Shown: in pieces, positions 25,121-32,000 of the stretch | How the letters are laid out: the number at the start of each line of letters is the position of its first letter | Position numbering within the stretch: the first letter of the stretch is position 1 | Assembly: GCF_018336915.1 (NCBI RefSeq) | Contig: NZ_CP064923.1 | Location: forward strand, 5,190,001-5,222,000 | DNA from: Acaryochloris marina S15 | GTDB lineage: Bacteria; Cyanobacteriota; Cyanobacteriia; Thermosynechococcales; Thermosynechococcaceae | Reading direction: 5' to 3' | DNA: 32,000 nt | Notes under the pieces: model-generated | Databases searched by the model: none | Told to the model about the DNA's origin: nothing | What the model saw: the letters and a program-made list of their open reading frames with translations, nothing else | Translations under genes and position numbers: made by a program

Positions 25121-26356
25121 TTGGGATACATGCAACCTCGGACTGCACTGCTGGCAATCTTTTCCACCTTTCTGCAACTTGAGACCGATCATGTCCAAAC
25201 TTGGGCCAGTGATTCAAAGCTGCGTCGCAGTATGCAGATCCACCTTGAGCAATCTCAGAAAGCCGATCTGTCGGCGAAGTTTTGGTCCCTGTACTGGCAT
25301 AAGCTGTGGCGAGCGGAATTTCAGCCCGACTCGCAGCAGGTTTCGGCAGGCCATTTATCGGCTTATTTACAGGAAACTTGTTATTGGACCGCCCAGAAAA
25401 CGGCGACTCGGTTTAGCAGCAGCCGCTATGGGGTGAGTGACTATTTTCAAATCGCCATGGCGCAGGTGGACAAGATCCTCAAGGGCTTCAATTCCGATCA
25501 AGGCTTTAATCTGCAAAATTATGCCAGCGCCACCTTCGCCAGCTTAATGCGGGAAACGCTACGGCAACGCCGCGAAATTGATATTTGCAGTGATTGGGCT
25601 TTGCTACGAAAGCTAAGTCAGAAGCGGCTGGTCGAAGCCTTGAAAAATAATGGTTTGCCTCAAGAAACGATTGATAGTTATGTTTTAGCCTGGACTAGCT
25701 TTAAGGCAATTTATGTTCCTGAACAGGCGACGGGGACTCAGAAATTGGAGAAACCAGGGGCTGCGGTTTGGGTTGCGATCGCAACTCAATACAACCAAGA
25801 ACGCACCACACAATTACCCCCGAATACTGCTGCCATCACGGTTGAGGATCTCGAAGCCATCCTAATGACCTGTACCAAAGCAGCCAGAGCCTACCTCTAC
25901 CCATCCCAAATTTCCATCAATACACCCAGACCGGGACAAGACGCGGGAGAATTCCTGGATCAATTGCCCAATACAGAACAGACATCCTTACTAGAAGAGA
26001 TGATCGCCACAGAAACGATACAAACAAGACAAAACCAGCACCAGCAAATCGGCAAGGTCTTAACAGCAGCCATTCAGGACTTGGATCAGCCGTCTCAATC
26101 ACTTTTGCAGCTCTATTACTCCCAAGCCTATACCCAACAGCAAATTGCCGAGAAATTAGAGATGAAGCAATACACCATTTCCCGGCGATTAACCAAGCTC
26201 CGCAAGACACTGTTGACAGCTTTAGCCACCTGGAGCCAAGATACTCTGCATATTTCACCCGACTCGGACGTACTCAAAGCTATGAGTTCTTCCCTGGAAG
26301 AATGGCTGACGGGACACTACGGTGAACCTGCCCCCACTGCCCCTGCATTAGAGTGA
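25121..26356 (+). CDS. sigma-70 family RNA polymerase sigma factor, atypically long (411 aa)
   Basis: It has a region-2-like block (..DYFQIAMAQVDKILKGFNSDQGFNLQNYASATFASLMRETLRQ..) and a region-4 HTH (..LLQLYYSQAYTQQQIAEKLEMKQYTISRRLTKLRKTLL..). The two are separated by a long non-conserved linker of well over 100 aa. Confidence 0.8.
   Translation: MGYMQPRTALLAIFSTFLQLETDHVQTWASDSKLRRSMQIHLEQSQKADLSAKFWSLYWHKLWRAEFQPDSQQVSAGHLSAYLQETCYWTAQKTATRFSSSRYGVSDYFQIAMAQVDKILKGFNSDQGFNLQNYASATFASLMRETLRQRREIDICSDWALLRKLSQKRLVEALKNNGLPQETIDSYVLAWTSFKAIYVPEQATGTQKLEKPGAAVWVAIATQYNQERTTQLPPNTAAITVEDLEAILMTCTKAARAYLYPSQISINTPRPGQDAGEFLDQLPNTEQTSLLEEMIATETIQTRQNQHQQIGKVLTAAIQDLDQPSQSLLQLYYSQAYTQQQIAEKLEMKQYTISRRLTKLRKTLLTALATWSQDTLHISPDSDVLKAMSSSLEEWLTGHYGEPAPTAPALE
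25775..25782. repeat. HIP1 palindrome GCGATCGC
   Basis: perfect octamer read in sequence. Confidence 0.95.
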
Positions 26357-27510
26357 TGATCATGACGTCTGATTTAGCCTTATTTGACTCTACTTATTTA
26401 GAAATTGATGCCGCGATTCAATCGCGATGTTGGCAACAGAGCCTAGGGGCAGCGCCCAATCGCTGGCAGACCTACTTGCATTTGATCTGTTTGGAAACGG
26501 TGCTGCCTTGGTTGCGGGAAGATCATAATTTACGGTCAATCTCGGCCCTGAAGTTACCTTCCTTGCAGAGTATTTGGGCAGTAGTAGCGGGAACCCCTAT
26601 TCAAGTCGGCTCGCAGAAACTGGTGTTGATTCCCACGGAAAGTATCGATTTAGATGAACTGCGGGTTCCCCAAGAATGGGTGGATATTCCCGACTGGATA
26701 GCAGATTACTATGTGGCAGTGCAGGTCAATCTGGATGAGGGCTGGGTGAGATTAGGGGGATTTACCAAACACTTACAGCTCAAAGGACAGGGGCAATACG
26801 ATTGGCGCGATCGCACCTACTCTCTCAACGATACTGATCTCACCCCAGATCTGAATGTGCTCTGGTTAACTCAGCAATTCAATCCCCAAGAGGTCACTCA
26901 AGCAGCAGTTAATCCGTTGCCAGCACTCTCCAAGGTACAAGCTGATCAACTTATTCAACGGCTCGGCAATGCAGATATCGTTACTCCTCGCCTATCCATT
27001 CCTTTTGAACAATGGGGCAGCTTAATAGATCACGGTGGTTGGCGACAGCACTTAGCGGCACAACGATGCGGCATCACTGAACAGCTTTCAGTGGGGCAAT
27101 GGCTGCAAACGGGGATGACAAATCTGGCGCAACAGATGGGCTGGCAATCTATTACGTTACAACCCCAACTCTCTGCTGCCCGAGGCGATCAACCCTCAAC
27201 ACCAATTGCAGCGATTGCGCGACAGTTACAGATTGAGGGTCAGCCCTATGAGTTGAATATCTATGCAGTGGAAACTGATTCAGCGTGGCGGTTTGAACTT
27301 CGACCTGTAACTCCTGGTGCCATGATTCCAGCCGGTTTTGTGCTGCGATTACTAACGGAAGACCTTGAATCTTTTGAGGGGAATGAGGATCAAGCCTCTG
27401 AGTCCGTAGATCGGCTCTATATTGATGTCGCTTTGGAGTCTGGGGAAGGTCTAGTTTGGATAACAGAACCACAATCAGACCTGTATGACCAAGAAATTCT
27501 AAGGTTTTAG
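26353..27510 (+). CDS. DUF1822-like protein (cyanobacterial, function unknown)
   Basis: 385-aa soluble ORF. Its start codons (GTG 26353, ATG 26356, ATG 26362) overlap or abut the sigma-factor stop (TGA 26354-26356). The DUF1822 assignment is from my memory of that family and its habitual sigma-factor neighbour; it needs an HMM check. Confidence 0.6.
   Translation: MMIMTSDLALFDSTYLEIDAAIQSRCWQQSLGAAPNRWQTYLHLICLETVLPWLREDHNLRSISALKLPSLQSIWAVVAGTPIQVGSQKLVLIPTESIDLDELRVPQEWVDIPDWIADYYVAVQVNLDEGWVRLGGFTKHLQLKGQGQYDWRDRTYSLNDTDLTPDLNVLWLTQQFNPQEVTQAAVNPLPALSKVQADQLIQRLGNADIVTPRLSIPFEQWGSLIDHGGWRQHLAAQRCGITEQLSVGQWLQTGMTNLAQQMGWQSITLQPQLSAARGDQPSTPIAAIARQLQIEGQPYELNIYAVETDSAWRFELRPVTPGAMIPAGFVLRLLTEDLESFEGNEDQASESVDRLYIDVALESGEGLVWITEPQSDLYDQEILRF
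26807..26814. repeat. HIP1 palindrome GCGATCGC
   Basis: perfect octamer read in sequence. Confidence 0.95.
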
Positions 27511-27556
27511 ACGATGTAGCTTATTCACATAATTGAATAAGCTACATCGTCTAAAA
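27505..27556. repeat. perfect 23-bp inverted repeat with 6-nt loop overlapping the stop codon of the DUF1822-like gene
   Basis: TTTTAGACGATGTAGCTTATTCA (27505-27527), loop CATAAT, TGAATAAGCTACATCGTCTAAAA (27534-27556). I checked every position as complementary. There is no clean U-tract on either strand. Confidence 0.9.
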
Positions 27557-27657
27557 TATTCATGCAAATTGAATACTTCACTCGGGCACGTTAAGAGTAC
27601 AGGCTGGTACAACCTTCCTACATTTTGTGCCGAAGGTAGAGTCCTGTGCAGACTTGA

Positions 27658-28521
27658 ATGAGTCATCCAACGCCTAATATTTTGCGGTACTTCGACCATC
27701 CTATGACTTCCCCCTCACTTACCGATATTGAATCCGCTGATGTGGACAAGGTTGATGCTGCACTTCAATCGATAACATCTAGCCGTTTAGATGAAGCAGA
27801 AACTCTGTTGCTAGGCGTTATTGCCAATACACCATCAGACTATGCCAACACTGAAGAGACTGGTGATGTCATCTCCATTAAGTTCTGGGACGAGACTACC
27901 TTTATTCACTATGTCACCTGGGAAAAACATCACGGGCGCGCAAATAAGACTATCAAATGGCTGAGTAACGCTTATCCCCGTGCCTACTTCCATATGGGAT
28001 TTCTCTGCGTAAAGCATCAACAATTCGACAAAGCCATCGAGTACCTTGAGAAAGGCCAAGCACTCGAACCCAAAAATCCCAAATTCTCCTGTGAAAAGGC
28101 AAAAGCCTTGGTGAGTGAAGGTCGCAAAGAAGAAGCACTCGCCCTTTATGGGCAAATCACGGAAATCAGTGCATACGTTAGCGCCCATGATTTAGCCATC
28201 GCTCTGCGTGGTCGTGGGTTTGTGTTGATTGAAATGGGTGATCTCGATAATGCAGAATTGGCATTTCAGTCTTCACTCAAGATTGAGTCAGACAATGAAG
28301 TCGCACTGAATGAATTAAGCTACATTAACCACTTACGCCAAGGCGGTGCTGCAAGCTCTACGGAAACCATACTATCCACTAGCCTCGATCTATCAAACTG
28401 TAGGGTATGTGGTCAGCCGTTCGATGAAGGCGTCGTTGTCTCATTCAAAGGATCACCCGTTAGCATTTGCCAGCAGTGCCAACAACATCTGACAAAAAAA
28501 TGGTGGCAATTCTGGAAGTAA
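27658..28521 (+). CDS. TPR-repeat protein with C-terminal CxxC..CxxC zinc-ribbon-like motif
   Basis: 287 aa. TPR-like helices include ..AYFHMGFLCVKHQQFDKAIEYLEKGQALEPKNP.. and ..GDLDNAELAFQSSLKIESDN... The C-terminus has CRVCGQPF..ICQQCQQH. An alternative ATG is at 27703. Confidence 0.65.
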   Translation: MSHPTPNILRYFDHPMTSPSLTDIESADVDKVDAALQSITSSRLDEAETLLLGVIANTPSDYANTEETGDVISIKFWDETTFIHYVTWEKHHGRANKTIKWLSNAYPRAYFHMGFLCVKHQQFDKAIEYLEKGQALEPKNPKFSCEKAKALVSEGRKEEALALYGQITEISAYVSAHDLAIALRGRGFVLIEMGDLDNAELAFQSSLKIESDNEVALNELSYINHLRQGGAASSTETILSTSLDLSNCRVCGQPFDEGVVVSFKGSPVSICQQCQQHLTKKWWQFWK

Positions 28522-28544
28522 GATATAAACCTCAACCTCAAACT

Positions 28545-28907
28545 ATGAATGTTGTCGAGACTCTTCAGAGGTTACTAGAGCGCCAGAAAACTGAAAGGGA
28601 TATTGGCGAATTCGACGTTGAGCTTGTCTCACTCGGTCATTGGACAAGCGATATAGACTATGTCACCACGGAGCAAGAGCTATGTTTGGTACTGGGTCAG
28701 CCTATTTATAGTGGTTTAAGATCTGAACAAGAGACAGATCTTAGCCCTCAAAAATACTTCTTTGAATACCAGAGCGCATTGCGATATGTGTGGTGGGAAC
28801 ATGGCGATCTTGAAGTCTTGCTGATGATCACTGGGCATGATGCAAATACATTACAACTGATTCGCATCGCCATATCCAGTATTTCTCTATCAAACTCTAT
28901 CGAGTGA
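28545..28907 (+). CDS. hypothetical protein (orphan, 120 aa)
   Basis: The track ORF 28467-28907 overlaps the TPR gene. The in-frame ATG at 28545 (MNVVETLQRLL..) avoids that overlap. I recognise no family. Confidence 0.45.
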   Translation: MNVVETLQRLLERQKTERDIGEFDVELVSLGHWTSDIDYVTTEQELCLVLGQPIYSGLRSEQETDLSPQKYFFEYQSALRYVWWEHGDLEVLLMITGHDANTLQLIRIAISSISLSNSIE

Positions 28908-29058
28908 CAAAATATCTCTGAGGCGAACCTAGAAACGTAGTGAATAGGTCTCATTCCTGAATATTGCCAACCTCAAAAAAATCCTCTTTCACTGAGATTA
29001 TTTCCATCTGATTACCCATTAAGACAGAAGCCAAGATCGAGGCTAGCTTGAGTCACTA

Positions 29059-29514
29059 TTAGTAATTAAAATTCCGTGCATCTCCTACAGAACTTTTTTG
29101 GAACCATTCTTCCATTGAATACTTAAATTCATGAGGGATAATGAGCCTACCATCGCCTGGATGAAGAACTAGAAATGGCTCCAGATCCTTTAACACACGA
29201 ATAATCGGTAAAAAGTCTTCCAAATATGCTCGTTTTACCGTGATGCACGATACCGGATCATTGCATATTTTATAGGTCAAAATTCGACCATCAATATTAT
29301 CCGGCTGATACCAATAATTAATCCATGCCAAGGGTGGAGTTGTTCCCTCAGCATGATTATGGCTAAATCCTGATGCGGCACAGAGAAGTTCAACGATATG
29401 GGAGCGACTGCCAAATGGCAATACTACCTCCTCATTTAATTCTGATATTCTCTGACTGGAAGGAATGTTCAAGAAGCTATTAGCCACTCTATAAAGGGAA
29501 AGACTTACACCCAT
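29059..29514 (-). CDS. hypothetical protein (orphan, 151 aa), low GC
   Basis: The ORF starts 3 nt after the stop of the 29518-29919 ORF. Three hand-counted stretches (one of 40 nt, two of 60 nt) gave 32-42% GC. I recognise no family. Confidence 0.5.
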   Translation of the reverse strand: MGVSLSLYRVANSFLNIPSSQRISELNEEVVLPFGSRSHIVELLCAASGFSHNHAEGTTPPLAWINYWYQPDNIDGRILTYKICNDPVSCITVKRAYLEDFLPIIRVLKDLEPFLVLHPGDGRLIIPHEFKYSMEEWFQKSSVGDARNFNY

Positions 29515-29517
29515 AAT

Positions 29518-29919
29518 TTAGTCATCACAAATCAGCTCTCCCCTGGCCCAAAAAGATTGCACCTTTTGCCACTCTCGTGTCGATTGAGGACCAAGATACT
29601 GCTCAATCTTTTCAGATTTGCCTATGTCAACTACATTAGTATTTTGCAAATCCTCTAGCAAACCAACAGTTACTGCTTCTTGGACCTCGGCATCCCCGTC
29701 ATCACACCACGTTTCAATAACTCTACAAACCTTTACCAATTCTGCGGTTGAACCACTCGCTATTAATTTGGTTATGTGCCTCGCCAAATCACTGAGTATG
29801 AGATAGATCGGTAGTGATTCTTTTTCGTCATCCCATTTTGCTAAAAACTCATTCCAAACGGGTCCAAAGGTTGGGGTCGCCTTAAGCATCGGGGTCATCA
29901 TCTCAATTCGTGTAATCAC
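29518..29919 (-). CDS. hypothetical helical protein (orphan, 133 aa), low GC
   Basis: It starts 22 nt after the dnaE-N stop, with AGGAG 9 nt upstream of GTG 29919; ATGs lie a few codons later. It contains ..LPIYLILSDLARHITKL..GDAEVQEAVTVGLLEDLQN... One hand-counted line gave about 38% GC. Confidence 0.5.
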   Translation of the reverse strand: MITRIEMMTPMLKATPTFGPVWNEFLAKWDDEKESLPIYLILSDLARHITKLIASGSTAELVKVCRVIETWCDDGDAEVQEAVTVGLLEDLQNTNVVDIGKSEKIEQYLGPQSTREWQKVQSFWARGELICDD

Positions 29920-29941
29920 CTCCCAAATCTCCTAGACACGT

Positions 29942-32000
29942 TTAACTAGCCTGCTGTAAACCTGCCTGCCAAGGCAATGGTAACTGCTTCAAACTCAACC
30001 CTTCCTCAAAAATCTGCTGAATCGGATACATCTGTCCATCCATCGTCATAAACTGATGTTCCGCCGTCGCTTGAATCGTCGAGCCATCTTCCAGGGCATA
30101 TTCAAACACCTCCTGCTGGCCGCGATGGTGCCATTGAGCAATCGGTTGCGTATACAGATGTCCTCGCTCATCAATCGAAAAGACTTGACATTCAATTTGC
30201 TCCTGTACCACCTGGCCAATGGGCAGCCAACCATACTCCAACGTCAACACAGGCGTGTCATAGCTCAGACAATATTCAGCAAACAACACCATTTGCTCGA
30301 ACAAATCTTCAGAGATTTTTTTGTCAACACCCTTCTTGAAAGCCCCTTCAATGAAGATCTCCCGATGTTTCTCCATCTCCGCCACTTTCTTTTTACCCAT
30401 CGCCCGTCGCAACAGGTCAGCTTCTCCCAGAGAGTAGCCCGCCATATCCTGAGCAATCTTCATGATCTGCTCCTGATAGACCATAATGCCATAGGTCTCT
30501 TCTAGGATCGGCTTGATCAATTCATGGGGATAATCAATCTTTTCCCGCCCATGTTTACGGTTAATAAATTTGGGAATCAGCCCCGCATCCAAAGGACCCG
30601 GTCGATAGAGAGCCAGAATCGAAGAAATATCCTCTAAGTTAGACGGCTTGAGATCTTTGACGACCTGGCGCATCCCCGAAGACTCTAACTGAAAAATTCC
30701 TTCCAATTCTCCCCGTGCTAACAGTTGAAATGCTTCTGGGTCATTCATGGGTACCCGATCGATGTCTAGATCGAGCTGCCGATTCTTCTTGAGCAAGTCG
30801 GTTGTTTTCTGGATCATCGTCAGGTTTTTGAGGCCCAAGAAGTCCATTTTTAGCAGGCCCAAAGATTCCAAATCTTCCATGAAATACTGGGTAATCACCG
30901 CGCCCTCGTTATTACGCTGCAGGGGCACCAGTTGATCCAAGGGTTCTGAGGCAATTACAACGCCCGCTGCATGGACCCCAAAGGTTTTGTTGGTGCCCTC
31001 AATCCGAATCGCCATATCCAGCCAGCGGCGCACAATCTGATCCTTGTCGTATCTTTCCTTAAACTCCGGGGCTGGCGTTTCGTCTGAAATCATTACCTTC
31101 AGCTTTGCCGGTTTTCCTCGGGCCACCGGAATCAGCTTCGCCATCCGATCGGCATCCCCATAAGGAATATCCAGCACTCGGGCCACGTCTTTGAGTACTG
31201 CTTTGGAAGTCATGCGGTTAAAGGTGATAATTTGCGCCACCCGATCTTCGCCATACTTGCGGGTAACGTAGTCAATCATTTCTTCCCGTTTTTCGATGCA
31301 GAAATCCGTATCAACGTCAGGCATCGACTTCCGTTCTGGATTCAGAAATCGCTCAAATAGCAGGCCATGATGAACGGGATCGATATTCGTAATCCCTAAG
31401 GCATAGGCCACCAGAGAACCTGCAGCACTGCCTCGCCCTGGTCCCACAGGAATATTATGGTCGCGGGCATATTTGATGTAATCCCACACCACCAAGAAAT
31501 AAGTAGAAAAGCCCATCTGCTGGAGCATCTCTAGCTCGTATTCCAAACGTTCCTTATAGACATCCGTCACCTCTGGGCGGGCTTTGCATTCGCACCGCTC
31601 CAATAGGCCATCCCAGGTCACCTCTTCCAGGTAAGTTTCAGCAGTATAGCCTTCCGGTACTTCGTAGTCAGGACTTTGGGGGTCGCGGAAGATATCGTAG
31701 GTTTCGACCTTTTCAGCTACTTCTAGGGTGGTTGCGATCGCAGTGGCAATCACGTCATCCTCTAAGTGGTCCCGAAACATCAAAGCCATCTCGTCAGCAG
31801 TTTTCAGATACTCAGTACCGCTATAGCGAAGACGCTTGTCTTCTGTAATGAGCTTGCCCGTCTGGATACAAAGGAGGGCATCATGGGACTCCACGTCATA
31901 GCAAGAGATAAAGTGGGAGTCATTAGTGGCAATTACCTTAATATCCAGTTCCTGGGCAATGCGCACCAGCTCCACATTCACCACCCGATCTTCCTGGGAA
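29942..32000 (-). CDS. dnaE: DNA polymerase III alpha subunit, N-terminal split half (DnaE-N) ending in split-intein N fragment; 5' end outside window
   Basis: Pol III alpha motifs are present (..[23 protein letters not shown].., ..MPDVDTDFC.., ..[11 protein letters not shown]..). The extein ends ..LFAEY and is followed by CLSYDTPVL.. The ORF stays open to the window edge; the M at 31984 in the track is internal. Confidence 0.95.
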   Translation of the reverse strand, partial: SQEDRVVNVELVRIAQELDIKVIATNDSHFISCYDVESHDALLCIQTGKLITEDKRLRYSGTEYLKTADEMALMFRDHLEDDVIATAIATTLEVAEKVETYDIFRDPQSPDYEVPEGYTAETYLEEVTWDGLLERCECKARPEVTDVYKERLEYELEMLQQMGFSTYFLVVWDYIKYARDHNIPVGPGRGSAAGSLVAYALGITNIDPVHHGLLFERFLNPERKSMPDVDTDFCIEKREEMIDYVTRKYGEDRVAQIITFNRMTSKAVLKDVARVLDIPYGDADRMAKLIPVARGKPAKLKVMISDETPAPEFKERYDKDQIVRRWLDMAIRIEGTNKTFGVHAAGVVIASEPLDQLVPLQRNNEGAVITQYFMEDLESLGLLKMDFLGLKNLTMIQKTTDLLKKNRQLDLDIDRVPMNDPEAFQLLARGELEGIFQLESSGMRQVVKDLKPSNLEDISSILALYRPGPLDAGLIPKFINRKHGREKIDYPHELIKPILEETYGIMVYQEQIMKIAQDMAGYSLGEADLLRRAMGKKKVAEMEKHREIFIEGAFKKGVDKKISEDLFEQMVLFAEYCLSYDTPVLTLEYGWLPIGQVVQEQIECQVFSIDERGHLYTQPIAQWHHRGQQEVFEYALEDGSTIQATAEHQFMTMDGQMYPIQQIFEEGLSLKQLPLPWQAGLQQAS
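29945..30271 (-). mobile_element. DnaE split intein, N-terminal fragment (IntN, 109 aa)
   Basis: [59 protein letters not shown].. parallels the Synechocystis/Nostoc DnaE IntN ([33 protein letters not shown]..). The Cys1 codon is at 30269-30271. The protein stops inside the intein, as in trans-splicing dnaE. Confidence 0.9.
31734..31741. repeat. HIP1 palindrome GCGATCGC
   Basis: perfect octamer read in sequence. Confidence 0.95.

Noticed and set aside
25104-25436. 110-aa ORF overlapping the start of the sigma-factor gene in another frame
   Set aside because: Its off-frame Arg/Cys/Pro-rich sequence is fully overlapped by the sigma factor, whose conserved regions fix the frame.
27597-27642. 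GTA-N8-TAC (27597-27610) plus TAGAGT (27637-27642) upstream of the TPR gene as an NtcA promoter
   Set aside because: Only the core GTA/TAC matches, and the left flank is A rather than T. The spacer to the -10 is 26 nt, which is too long. A bare GTA-N8-TAC is expected about 8 times by chance in 32 kb.
28467-28544. Upstream extension of the 28467-28907 ORF overlapping the TPR gene by 55 nt
   Set aside because: The extension is translated from the 3' end of the TPR gene in another frame. The in-frame ATG at 28545 gives a non-overlapping gene. The ATG at 28500 remains possible.
1-32000. Looked for CRISPR arrays, tRNA/rRNA genes, transposases/integrases and long direct repeats flanking the accessory block
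   Set aside because: I found no regularly spaced direct repeats, no cloverleaf-like or rRNA-like stretches in the intergenic regions inspected, and no ORF with DDE/tyrosine-recombinase-like motifs. This was a by-eye scan, so short or degenerate elements could be missed.

Overview
This is a cyanobacterial chromosomal segment. It carries 11 perfect HIP1 palindromes (GCGATCGC), psaE, ndhF-ndhD, two cp12 genes, sasA, mutM and the N-terminal split-intein half of dnaE. All calls come from reading the ORF track and the raw sequence; no database search or folding program was run, so family names rest on motif recognition.

Positions 1-17.5 kb are mostly conserved housekeeping and photosynthesis genes: a GT-A-like protein, VanZ-like, cp12 - fructosamine-kinase - cp12, a GT4 glycosyltransferase, LD-carboxypeptidase, YaaW-like, NnrU-like, an atypical thioredoxin, ndhF, ndhD, a MoxR-like ATPase, mutM, psaE and sasA.

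Positions 17.6-29.9 kb look accessory:
- Two tandem genes carry paralogous AAA-like/STAND-type NTPase modules. One is fused to a Ser/Thr kinase plus a TIR domain; the other to a TM helix plus 14 WD40 blades.
- A secreted acidic protein has a very basic tail that continues out of frame.
- An unusually long sigma-70-type factor is translationally coupled to a DUF1822-like protein.
- A 23-bp perfect hairpin is followed by four orphan genes, two of them low-GC and packed directly behind dnaE-N.

The best candidate for an undescribed system is the kinase-TIR-NTPase / NTPase-TM-WD40 pair at 17667-23866, possibly together with the neighbouring sigma/DUF1822 module. I also found an unlisted 47-codon gene at 4989-5132 with two tandem TGTA-N8-TACA (NtcA-type) boxes, a correctly spaced -10, an SD and an intrinsic terminator. 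I saw no rRNA, tRNA, CRISPR array or transposase.
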